From: Proteromonas lacertae | Lineage: Eukaryota | Direction of reading: 5' to 3' | Assembly (NCBI GenBank): GCA_002245135.1 | Contig: NGBS01000613.1 | Location: 48,120-68,119 of the forward strand | DNA length: 20,000 bases | In this document: piece by piece, positions 1 through 11,711 of the stretch | How the letters are laid out: the number at the start of each line of letters is the position of its first letter | Numbering within the stretch: the stretch's first letter is position 1 | Made by a program: the position numbers and the translations under genes | Notes under the pieces: model-generated | Seen by the model: only the letters and a program-made list of their open reading frames with translations | What the model was told of the DNA's origin: nothing | Database searches by the model: none

Positions 1-1761
1 TTACAACTGAACATGTTATGAGCAGAAAGAGAGAAGGAGAGAATGACGAGAGAGAAATATATAAGATTGATATACCAGCCAATCGTTATGACTTATTATG
101 CGTTGAAGGCTTAGCTAGAGCATTAAGTATATTTTTGGGTAGAGAATCATTGCCGAAATACATTCTAAATGCAGGAAATCCACCAATTAAAGCAATTGTA
201 AAGAAGAATGTTGAAGTATATTTTCATTTTATAATTAATTAAGAATGTTCGTCCCTATTTTGTATGTGCTGTATTAAGAAATTTGAAATTAGGTTTAAAA
301 GGATTTAACAGCTTTTTAGATTTACAAGATAAACTTCATTTCAACATTTGTCGTCAACGTACAATTGTTGCAATTGGTACTCATGATTTAGATACTATTG
401 AGCCTCCTTTCACTTATGATGCATTACCACCTGAAGAAATCAGATTTGTTGCATTAGCTCAAAAAGATGAGAAGAATGCAAAAGAAGTATCATATTATTT
501 AATTTTTTAATTATTTATATAGTTAATGGATTTCTATCGTGATCCAAAGAACGTAGATTTCAAACATTTAAAACCATATGCTGATATGATTTACGATTGG
601 GAGAGATATCCAATAATTAAAGACAAAAACGGAGTTGTATTATCTTTACCACCTGTTGTTAATGGTCGACACACTGAAATGTCAAAAGATACAAAGAATG
701 TTTTCATCGATGTAACTGCCACAGATTTGACAAAAGCTCGAATAGTTTTGAACCAATTAGTATGTTTATTCTCAGAATATTCTGAAACAAAATTTTCAAT
801 TGAAACTGTAGAAGTAGAATACGAAAATGGAAATCATTATGTTTGTCCAGATTTGAGTAACAAAACCATTGAAGTTCCTATTCCTCATTTAAATAAATTA
901 TTAGGTTTACACGAAAGCGCTGATTCTATACAAAAGAAGTTATACAAAATGTACTTAGAAAGTGAATATAATAAAGAAAAAGACAGTTTAACCGTTTACA
1001 TTCCACCAACTAGAGCAGATATAATTCACAGTTGTGATATTGTTGAAGATTTAGCTATTGCATATGGTTATAATAACTTAGAGAAAGTTCCACCACCTGT
1101 AAACACTATTGGAAGTGAACAACCAATCAATAAACTCAGTGATTTATTAAGATATGAAATAGCTAGTGCAGGTTATACTGAAATAATGACTTTAGCTTTG
1201 TGTAGCAAAGATGAAGCTTCTACTTTATTAAACCATAAGAATATCGATGATATATGTGTTACATTGTCTAATCCAAAAACAGTTGAATTTCAAATATGTA
1301 GAATTAATCTATTAACAGGTTTATTGAAGACTATTCAAAATAATAAGGCAATAAAGATGAAAGATGGTTTGAAATTATTTGAAATTAGTGATGTTGTTTT
1401 AAAAGATAAATCTACTGATACAGGTTGTAGAAATGAAAGAAGATGTATAGCTTGTTATATGGGTCCTACTGCAGGATTAGAAATAATTCACGGTTTAATC
1501 GATAGAATAATGGAATTATTAGGTGTAAAAAGTCATGTAAAAGAGAGTGAAGAAGATAAAGATAAGTGGCATTATTATTTAAGAACTTTTGATGATGATT
1601 TATACTTCAAAGGAAGAAGTGCTGAAGTTATTTTAGAAAAGAATGATAATAGTAAAATAGTGTTAGGAAATATGGGTATTATTCATCCCCAAGTATTATC
1701 TAATTTTGAATTAGTTTATCCATGTTCTGTAATGGAAATAAATATTGAGCCATTTGTTTGA
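1..1761 (+). CDS. FARSB: Phenylalanyl-tRNA synthetase beta subunit (cytosolic), 5' end outside window; exons <1-215, 244-486, 523-1761
   Basis: Motifs [73 protein letters not shown] and C-terminal EINIEPFV*. Introns 216-243 (GTATAT..AAG) and 487-522 (GTATCA..TAG) join the three ORFs in frame (..[18 protein letters not shown]..; ..NAKE|LMDFY..). Confidence 0.96.
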
Positions 1762-1849
1762 ATGATGAAATGTATTAATTTTTATATTGATTGATTTTTT
1801 TAAATATATGTTTTTGTGTATTAAAAAAGAAAAACAAAGAAAAAAAAAA

Positions 1850-2490
1850 CATTAGAATTATTGCAAAATGACTGTAATAATAATCTCACGATATCATTAT
1901 ATATTCCATATTTCCATTCATTAGGTACACATTAGAAGGTTTAATATTGAGTAAAAAACAATCTGCAAGAAATGAGCTATTCTCATAGAATTTTAATATT
2001 ATTTTATCTTTTATTCTAAGATTTTTACCATCTTGATATTACTTTGATGTTGTATAACCAAATCAACTTCATTCTTACCTTTATCAACTCTCTCTTTTAT
2101 CTTAAAAAATAATTATAAATAAAACACTTGTGAGTCAGATGGTAACAGCGAGGATAAAATATCACTTACAAAAGAATTATTATACAATAGTACATAAATA
2201 CAATATGAACTTTAAAGTAATTACTTTTTAACATCCTAAGCTAATAAGATTAGTAAAATAATTGAATAAACGAAATGATCACAATGTTATTATTTATTTT
2301 ATAATCTCATCTAATAATATGTATAATTCCTTAACTTAAATTATTTAATGGTAATAGCAAACATTATACTTAATCAATACATCTTTGTTATCTTTTACAC
2401 CTTATTTTGCTCATCAAAGTCAAATAGAGCATAATTCATTTAACAGTAAACTCTTATATAGAGTATACTTGGAATTATAACACTTTTCAT
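1850..2490 (-). pseudogene. Fragmented protein-coding gene of unknown function (frameshifted; pseudogene or poorly polished sequence)
   Basis: ATG at 2490 (MKSVIIPSIL), then protein-like segments in shifting frames: YKSLLLNELCSI, GVKDNKDVLI, ELYILLDEII, FRLFNYFTNLISLGC, NNSFVSDILSSLLPSDSQ|IKERVDKGKNEVDLVIQHQ, QDGKNLRIKDKIILKFYENSSFLADCFLLNIKPSN, PNEWKYGIYNDIVRLLLQSFCNN. Intron-like segments at ~2369-2335 (GTATAA..AAG) and 2127-2101 (GTGTTT..AAG). No family recognised. Confidence 0.45.
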
Positions 2491-2548
2491 TTTTACGGTC
2501 ATCGAAAAATTATTTTCGAATAACTTATTCTTCTTTCTTTCTCATTTA

Positions 2549-3472
2549 ATGGAAGTCTGCTCTAGATTATCTGAACCTAATAATAAAGGTATATTAAATT
2601 ATTATGATTTATAGAAATTCAACAACCAGGATTTGATTTTGGTTTATGTAAGAGGTATTGTTTTTGTTTTACATTGATGTAGAAATGCTTTTTTAACTGA
2701 AAAACACAACTACAATGCACCTAAATTTACAAAAACAGGTACAACCATTGCTGGTTTTCACTTTAAAGATGGAATCATAATTGGCGCAGATACAAGATCA
2801 ACCGCTGGCTTTATTGCCGATAAAAATTGCGAAAAAATTCATCCAATTGCCCCAAACATTTATTGCTGCGGTGCTGGTACTGCTGCTGATACTTTTTTCG
2901 TTAAACGATTAATTGCATCAAAGTTGACACTTTTACGTCGTACACTCCATGAAGACAGCCGTGTAGTGACTGCAGCCACCAGATTCCAATCATATTTGTT
3001 CAAATACCACGGATATTGTCAAGCAGCCTTAATTTTAGGAGGCTATGATAGAACAGGTGGTCATATTTACCAAATTAGTCCAGAAGGAGCAATGTTTGAA
3101 TTACCTTTCGCTACAATGGGAAGTGGTTGTTTAGCAGCAATGTCAATCATCGAAAGTGAATATCATGATGATATGGATGTATAAATATAAACATATTTCA
3201 TGTAATTATATAATTTTTAGGAAGAAGAAGCTAAAGCGTTAATGACCAAAGCAATTCGTGGAGGTATATTCAATGATCTTGGATCTGGTTCCAATGTTGA
3301 TTTGAGAATTATTAAGAAGGGAGAAAATAATGAAATTCAGTCTTATGGCTTTAGAAACTATGATACTCCAAATAATATTAATGATTATAGAACATATCAA
3401 AGACCAAAAGCAATAAATATTGAACAAGGAGCTACAATTGTAATTAAAGAAGATATTGAGAATTTAGAATAA
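2549..3472 (+). CDS. PSMB7: 20S proteasome subunit beta type-2 (PSMB7/Pup1-like); exons 2549-2588, 2615-2654, 2683-3178, 3221-3472
   Basis: Propeptide with GFDF..CKRN, cleavage site KTG|TTIAG (Thr1 at 2741), ADTRST, DKNCEKIH, IYCCGAGTAADT, MGSG, GIFNDLGSGSNVD. Three GTAT..AG introns (2589-2614, 2655-2682, 3179-3220) give one continuous frame. Confidence 0.95.
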
Positions 3473-3799
3473 AATATTAATAATTATTATTGAATGTATT
3501 GAATATGTTTTATAGGAAAACATGAATAATGAAATGTGAGTAAGTGGGTGTGAAAAGAATATCACTACTTCTTTTCAAAGTGTTTCGTTTTTTACAATCG
3601 CACTACATAAATAAATTAATTCTGATATTCTTATAGAACAAATATCCTTTATGTTCATATAAAATTTGAAATAAAGAAAAAAGACAAATACAATTGTATT
3701 TAATGTATTTCATTAAGTACATTAAATTAATATGAAAAGTATTCTAAATAAGCCTCAACCCTTAAACCTTCTTTCTTTCTTGATAAAAATTCTTTCAAA

Positions 3800-4757
3800 A
3801 TGATGAACATGCAACCCCAAATGCAAATGAAAAATAATAATCCACCTGATACAGCTGAGACTATACATATATCTTCACTAGCCTTGTTGAAGATGATTAA
3901 ACATGGTATATATATGTTCTAATAATTATGTAGGCAGAGCAGGTGTGCCAATGGAGGTTATGGGGTTAATGATTGGCTCGTTCGTAGACGATTACACAAT
4001 TCGTGTAGTAGATGTGTTCGCTATGCCACAGAGTGGTACAGGTGTGTCTGTCGAAGCTGTAGATCCAGTCTATCAACAACAGTTCCTCGAAATGTTAAAG
4101 CAAACAGGAAGAACAGAAACTGTAGTAGGATGGTATCACTCCCATCCAGGTTTTGGATGTTGGTTATCATCTGTGGATGTAAATACACAACAAAGTTTTG
4201 AGCAATTACATCCACGAAGTGTAGCTGTTGTTATTGATCCAATTCAATCTGTGAGAGGTAAAGTAGTGATAGATGCATTTAGATGTATTGCCCCTAAAGG
4301 AGGTATGGGAATGATAATGGGATCTATTGGTCAATCAGATGAAGAAATCCGTCAAACCACATCAAACATAGGTTATTTAACTAAACCTACAATTGTTGCA
4401 TTAATCCACGGTTTGAATAGAAGTTATTATTCATTGCCTGTAGCTTATAGGAAAGATGCATTAGAAGAAAAGATGTTGATGAATTTAAATAAGATACTAT
4501 GGACTGGTGTAATTAAGAATAAATCATTTGAAGAACATTCTAAGAATAATGAAAAAGAATTAGACAATTTAAAGAAAATGGTGAGTGAATTTTCACTTCA
4601 AGTTAAAAATGAAAAGAATAAAACAATAGAAGAAAGTCAATTAGAAATAGTAGGTAAAGTAAATCCACATAAACATCTTGAAAGTGATGTTCAAAGAATA
4701 ATGGGTGAGAATATATTGCAGTGTTTAAATACAATGATTAGTGAAATTGCATTTTAA
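3800..4757 (+). CDS. PSMD14: 26S proteasome lid deubiquitinase RPN11 (JAMM/MPN+ metalloprotease); exons 3800-3905, 3934-4757
   Basis: [36 protein letters not shown] motif [46 protein letters not shown]. 28-nt intron 3906-3933. Confidence 0.97.
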
Positions 4758-4872
4758 ATAATACATTTTTTTCTTTTATATTATTATTATTTCTACTTAT
4801 TGTTGTTGTTTTTCAAATCATTCACAAATAATATAATATTATCAAGATGATTTGAGGTGAATTTAAAGAAAT

Positions 4873-7800
4873 TTACTTGTTATTTCTTATTGTCAATTCA
4901 ATAAGTTTTTTATCATCTTCATTAATAGAGCCAAGTATTCTTTTAAACTCATCTTTGTTATTCTTAATGAACTTCATCAACATTTGTGAAGCATTCTTGT
5001 TTATCTCATCATTATTCAGTTTGATGCATTGAATAATAACTGTAATTAACAGTGGTAGAATATCATTGGATTTGTGACTCATATTGTAGATTGATAATAA
5101 AATAGTCAAGCTTGACTTGATTCCTATCAAATTATTTAAATAACTATCCGTTGTGGCAGTTATTCTTAAGTAATTGATAGTCAAATAACTCATTTCATTA
5201 ATGATATAATTCTTCAAATCTTTATTCTTTATCCCTTTCATATAATCAAAGTGTAATTTCAATATTTCATTTATATTTTCAATGTTTATACTTTTGTATA
5301 ATCCACTTAGATAATTATTTATAATAACAAATGGAATGTTATTCTCATTGATATTGTTTAATAATAAGTACAGTAATTGGTATATTTGTATCTCGTTTTC
5401 ATTGGTTTTTGTTTTATCCATTAACATCACTAACATTGATAATAACAGCTTGTTATTTTCTTTAGATATTTTCTTAAAATATTTTGTTATTAATTCAATA
5501 TTGATTGTATTAGCCATATATAATTCCATGATGTTTAATAACATATATTCAACAGAAATATTGCTGCATAGAAACTCTATTAATTTCATCTTTTCTTCTT
5601 CTTCATTTATCACTTTGATCTTGTTTAAATAGTAAGCATAATATATTCTATAATAACATTTCTGTTGGTTTTCATTGAATATTTGTTGAATAGTGGAAGA
5701 GAAATGAGTGAAGAAATTATTCAATAAATTGTAATTATTAGATGATTGTTCATTCTCTTTTAAGATAGTATTTAATTTGTTTAAAAATACAGATTGTATT
5801 TCATCATTAATAACATATTTAACACCAATAAACTTTGACAATTTAAATAGAATAGATAAGTTCAAATTCATATTATTTGAATTTAATTCAACCATTGATA
5901 TATTCATCATTAGTTGGTATAAATCATTAATATTGTCTTTATTAATAATTATGTTGTTTTTATCAATTGAAATATTATTTCTATCACTTACATTCAACTC
6001 CAAAATACTGTAAATTAAATATGAAACGAATCTATTTTCAGTTTGATTATTTGAAACAATATAGTCTAACAACAACAAGATGAACATTTCATTTACTTCT
6101 TTCAAATGAGATTTATAAAATCCAATATATTTAGAAACACTCATTTCTTCAATTGGGATTTTATACTTTGAAATAGAAATATCTTTTTGATTTTCAACAT
6201 CTGAATTAGATAATATTATATATCCATAACTCAATATTTCACCTATCATTTTAACTTCATTATTATTAACAGCATTCAAATGATTCAATATGTATTTACA
6301 ATATTTTATAACAGTAATAACAACCTCAATATTGTCTAGAAAATCATTAACGATTAATTCTTTAACAATTGGAATGAGGAAAGGTAACATACAACTATTA
6401 TCTTTCTTTTTATCTTTTAAGTATTTATAATATTTTGTTACATTCAATAATATTTCATTTTTATCACTCTTTAATACACTCTCATTTTGACCATCCTTAA
6501 CATTGATGAATTTTGTAATATAGTAATAATACAATCTTACACTGAATAATTGTATTTCTGTATTTTCATTCTTCAATATAATACTTATAAACTCTGATAA
6601 GATTGTCATATTATCAGTTATTTTCTTCATATCAGTTAATTTAGATATGTATTTATAAAATATCTTTACAATCAATAACTGAACATCTTCATCCTTTGAT
6701 TTAGAATACAATTCCTTTAACTCTTTAATATAATAATTGAAGTTGTTATTCACATTATTATCATTATTTATGAAGTAATCGATAATATATTGTTTATCCA
6801 TAATCATTCTATTTTCTATTAATATCTTAATAATTCCAAATGAATAAATATAATTGTCATTCAATAAAGAATCATATAAATCGTTCAATATATCAGTATC
6901 ACCACATTTCAGTAGTTTTTCTATAATAGTGTTAGCATAATTAAACAATATTTTATTCTTACAATTCGATTTAATAATTTGAACTAATAACTTATATAAT
7001 TCAAATAATATTTTATTACCATAATGAGTAGAGATAATACTAATCGATAATAATATTTTGTTGAATAATTCATTGTCTTTCACTAAAATATTATCATCAT
7101 TTACATTGTCATAGTTAGTAAAAATTACTGAAAATATATTCGTTATGACATACAAGTAAACTCTATTTGAATATAAGTTACTGTATATTTTATCATATAT
7201 TAACAATTCTAAGATATAATCTATTATAGATTCCATTATCTTTTTATTGTTATACAAGTTACGATTGTAAAAGAGATACTTTGTAAAATATAAGAACCAA
7301 ATCTCATATATATCATTACTTAGATGTATATTTTGTATTAATCTCATTATATCTTTCACGCTTATTATCTCATCATATTTCCCAATTAATATAAATAAAG
7401 TGTCATAAATACCAACATAATCTTCAAATATAATATCTTTATTGGTTCTTGATTCCATAACTGACAATCGTAGTAATCTTGTCGCAATTTCAGTTATATC
7501 TTTCTTATTCATATATTGGAACAAAATATCACAATTTTTTACAGCCAAATTTCTCATTCTAGAGAATATTGACATTAGAGAAGCTAATAAATAGTCGATA
7601 ATTGTTTGAATAAATGGACTATTCATAATTGATCCTTTTTCTATTGTTAATACATTTAAATATATATAAATAATGAGGTTAACATCAACATCATATTTCT
7701 TCTGATCATTCACATTATTCTTTGGATTGTTTGCCATTTCAATTATTTCTGAAATATATTCGTTACATTGGTCAATTAATAATGTAAATAATCCCAATCC

Positions 7801-10214
7801 CATTGTGTAAACTCCTTTGATAGTTAACATTTCAGATATCTCTTGAACTGGGATTAATTCTACTGAAGAATATAAGTTATTAGATTGGAAATCTTTATAT
7901 AAAATTGCTCTATTGTATAGCAAACTTCCTATTTCATCATTTATATTGTTAACTCGATTATGATTGTGATTTAAATTACTTTTCAAATTCCAAATCTTTT
8001 CATTATACTTTGGATATTCGTATGATAATAAATTCATATTACATGATATATATTTATATATATAATCAATGGGCAATTCTCCACCTGATGTAAAACATAA
8101 TTTAATAAGTGGAAATATCTTAGAAAACAAATCAGATTTGTTATTTTCTGGAATATTATCGAAGAATGTTAAAATTTGAATATTTAAATACTGTAATAAA
8201 GTACTATCAGTGTTTTTCTGAGTAGAAACAGTGTTATAAATATCAATATATTGTTTATAAATTGATAATAAAGTTGGTGCTAAATTTGATTTCATTATAT
8301 CATTATGATATCTCAATAATGAATTTAATGAATCTAATAAACTAATCAACTCTAACAATATCTCATTTTTTATCTTTTTATTCTTTAATAAGTCATTATA
8401 ATTCAATAAATTCTTATTTAAGATGATTATTATTTCATCTAATTTATCAATATCCAAGTTAGGATCAACATATATTCCACTTAATAAATAATAACAGTAA
8501 TGTAAAATCGGTCTCACATTTTTATCATTCATTTTCATAGTGTTGTACAAATTAATAATGGCTGTATCTGCTTGTAGTATTTGACCAAACATAGCTTGAT
8601 CTTTATTAATTTCAGGATTGGCTTGACAGATCGAGCTAAATATCAGAAATGAAATAACGGCACTTTTGAATTTATTCACACTTCCAGAATCTACATTATC
8701 TTCTGGAAGCATAAATTCAGTTAAAATATTTGATAATAATGTGAAGAAATGAATAAATATCTCATTAAATAACTCGTTATTAATTTGACAAATTTCATAT
8801 AAACAATGGCCAATAATAATTGAGATAGGAATTGATGTTAAATCATTCATTACTTGAAGGTATAATTTTATTGATATTTTGAAATCAATATTACATCCAT
8901 TTAACCTTATAATACATTGATGTAAAATCGATAACAATGAATATAATTCTTCTTCATTATATTTCTTTATTTCACTCAATAAATCATTACATAATGAATT
9001 ATATAATGATATTAAATTTGTAACGGATATTTTATTAATAATTCCATTGGTTATAATATTTACTGAATATTTGATCGTTTCTTCTTTAGTTGATTTGTGT
9101 GGAATGGTATTACTTAATATTTTAATGATTTTATAAATAATTTCTTTCCATTCATCACTACTACAATTCATTCTCAATAAATAATTGATTAAACTTTCAC
9201 TATACAATTTACGATGTTCTACTGTTGTATTTCCTTTAATAATTAATCCAATAAAATACATTGTAACAACTTTAACACTTCTATCTACAGGAATTGTGAT
9301 TTTTTTAACTTCAAACCATTTGTTTATTTCATCATCACCATATCTGACAATTATATTTTCATTGTTACTATATTCACTCATTATTCTACCAAATGACTTT
9401 GTTATAATTGTTGCTACATCTTGATTGATATTATCATCAATTCCTTTTAAAATGATATTCACTAAATTATCGATTGTAATTAGAGTGTAATTTTGACTGT
9501 ATTTACTTAATATAGAAAATTGTTTAAATGCTTCTTGTCTTAATGGAATTTTCTTATCTGATATTAGACGAGTAAACAGTTTTAATACATCATTCATTAG
9601 TGTAGATAATACTGCTGGACAACCGTTAATCAAAGCCAGTAAACAGTAAAATGATTTTGATTGAATTAACTGTTCATCATCTTTTACTCCGTTTTGTATA
9701 ATTTTGAACAGTTGTTTTAGGAAAAGTGTTAATATTAGCAGCAAAGTTCCTATGAGTTAAGTAAATAGGTAATAATGAGTATATTGTTAATCTGAGTGAT
9801 GTATTGTTCTTGGACTTGTATAATTTCACAAAATAATCAATTGACTCAGCAATATCACTTGCAGAATGATCTACTATAACCTTTGAAACGATTTTGACTA
9901 ATAAGCTTCTGTGACCTTCATCAATAGCCATCATTCTTCTGGGCACGTTCTAATAATTCATGAATCATTTTTTCTTCTCTATAAAATAATAAAAAAACAT
10001 AAAAAATACTGTTTTGAATTAAAACCACTATCACTGAAATTTTTGATCCTATACATATATTCGTGCATTTCATTGAGAAGATCCAATAACCTTTTATCAT
10101 ACGAATTGGAACTAGGAGAAGATGCTATTTAAAAGTATTACAACCAAGATAAATACCAGCTTGAGAAATATAAGCTTTAATTTTAGAATTTATCTGATTC
10201 AATCTTGGATCCAT
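4873..10214 (-). CDS. HEATR5: Large HEAT/ARM-repeat protein, HEATR5/Laa1/SWEETIE-like (AP-1 accessory); exons 10214-10157, 10124-10010, 9978-4873 with two +1 frame breaks near 9926 and within 9756-9677
   Basis: ATG at 10214 (MDPRLNQINSK..), introns 10156-10125 and 10009-9979 splice in frame. Helical repeats; RLISDKKIPLRQEAFK and IDNLVNIILKGIDD..DVATIITKSFGRIM resemble HEATR5 N-terminal repeats; the end ASQMLMKFIKNNKDEFKRIL..KKLIELTIR resembles the HEATR5/SWEETIE C-terminus. Family call is by eye on a divergent sequence. Confidence 0.6.
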
Positions 10215-10334
10215 TGGCTACTCTTCGAGTAAAACAGATTTAAAGATAAAAAGATTGAAATGCTCAAGCCAAATCAATCAAAATAGATTCGTTTTAGGGG
10301 TGAAAAAGATTTTTTCGGACAACGTTTATCAAAA
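10215..10334. promoter_or_regulatory. Putative bidirectional promoter (120 bp) between HEATR5-like and EGF genes
   Basis: Head-to-head ATGs at 10214 (-) and 10335 (+); contains GTGAAAA at 10300-10306. Confidence 0.55.
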
Positions 10335-11536
10335 ATGAAATATCTGTTTGTTCTTTATATAATAATATGTGTGGCTTTTGGAAATTGTCCTAATCTATGC
10401 AGTGGTCATGGTGTTTGTAAAAATGGAGTTATTTGCGATTGTTATCCAGGATGGAGAGAAGGTGACTGCAGTGGTAGTATAAATATATGTAAAAATTATA
10501 TCAATTGAATAGGAGCATGTCCATATGATGAGACTTATGTTGAACCAGATAATGATGTTACAACCGCTTTAGAGCATCCAACATACTTAGAATGTAGTGG
10601 TAAAGGAAAGTGTGATCGTGATACTGGTATGTGTCAATGTTATTCAGGTTATGAAGGAACTGCTTGTCAAAGAATGAGTTGCCCAAATGGTTGCAGTGGT
10701 CATGGCAGATGCTTAGCATCATCTCATTTAGATATAAATACACATACACCAGGACAATTATATTACGATTTTATAATGAATAAAGATGAATCTTCTAAAC
10801 AGAATTGGGATAAGTGATCAAAGTTATGCATGTGTATGTGATAAAGAATATACTGGGTATGACTGCAGTCTGAAAAAATGTCCAACTGGATATATTGAAA
10901 GTACAAATTGTGTAGCAGCTTCACTCTCACAGCAAGGAATATCATGGGAAGTAGATGTAGATGCAACTAATGAAGATGCAGAATATCAATGTTTAGCATA
11001 TTTAGAATATACTGACTATGTATGATAGAAAATATTACAGTGACAGATTTTGTGTTGATTGTCAAAATAGTCAATCTGAGAAATGTAAAGGAAATAATGT
11101 ATTTGGTTGGGAAGAAGCCTTATTAAGATTACCAACAGGTACAATTGACATTAAACCAGAGAATATTATATTAAATGGAACATCCGTAGTGATAATTTTC
11201 AATAATCAACAAACTGGAAGACAACATCAAATTAAGTTACTAACTTATGAAATATTAAAAGAAGAAGAATTGAATTTGTATTTAGGAGTATCTAGTACAA
11301 GTGGTTATCATGGTATGACATTAGCACAATTAGAAATTAAAGATAAAACAGACGATGATAATAGTAATCTCTTATATTCACATTTAGTAACAAAATCAAT
11401 TACTTATTTGAATGAAGATTCATTACCTGCTGTAGTTTGTAGTAGAAATGGTATTTGTGATTATACAACAGGTATTTGCGAATGTTTTACTGGCTTTTAT
11501 GGTATAGCTTGTACAGAACAAGCTGCTCTTGTGTAG
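10335..11536 (+). CDS. Secreted cysteine-rich EGF-like protein of the stramenopile Sig1/Ocm/Mas (mastigoneme, 'tenascin-like') type; exons 10335-10476, 10513-11536 with +1 breaks at ~10812-10815 and ~11017-11023
   Basis: Signal peptide MKYLFVLYIIICVAFG then NCPNLCSGHGVC..CDCYPGWREGDCSGRACP; HPTYLECSGKGKCDRDTGMCQCYSGYEGTACQRMSCPNGCSGHGRC; WD.DQSYACVCDKEYTGYDCSLKKCPTG; terminal EGF module CSRNGICDYTTGICECFTGFYGIACTEQAALV*. Intron 10477-10512. Confidence 0.8.
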
Positions 11537-11605
11537 ATTTTAAAAAATAATAATATATGTATTAATTATTTAACTATTATTATTAATTTTTATTAATATG
11601 TTTTT

Positions 11606-11711
11606 ATTATAATATAAATAATATATAATATATATATAATAAAATACATTCAATTCAAATTAAAATTGATGTATATTATATATATATATTATATTATATA
11701 AATATATTATA
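11606..11711. repeat. Low-complexity (TA)n-rich tract in the shared 3' region of two convergent genes
   Basis: Near-pure A/T with runs such as TATATATATATATATTATATTATATA at ~11675-11710. Confidence 0.6.

Noticed and set aside
2549..2588. Alternative reading MESALDYLNL in PSMB7 exon 1
   Set aside because: Needs two compensating indels; the sequence as given already splices in frame.
5336..9424. Small plus-strand ORFs inside the HEATR5-like gene (5336-5632, 5777-6013, 9185-9424)
   Set aside because: Antisense shadows of an AT-rich coding strand; I/L/F/S-rich with no motif.
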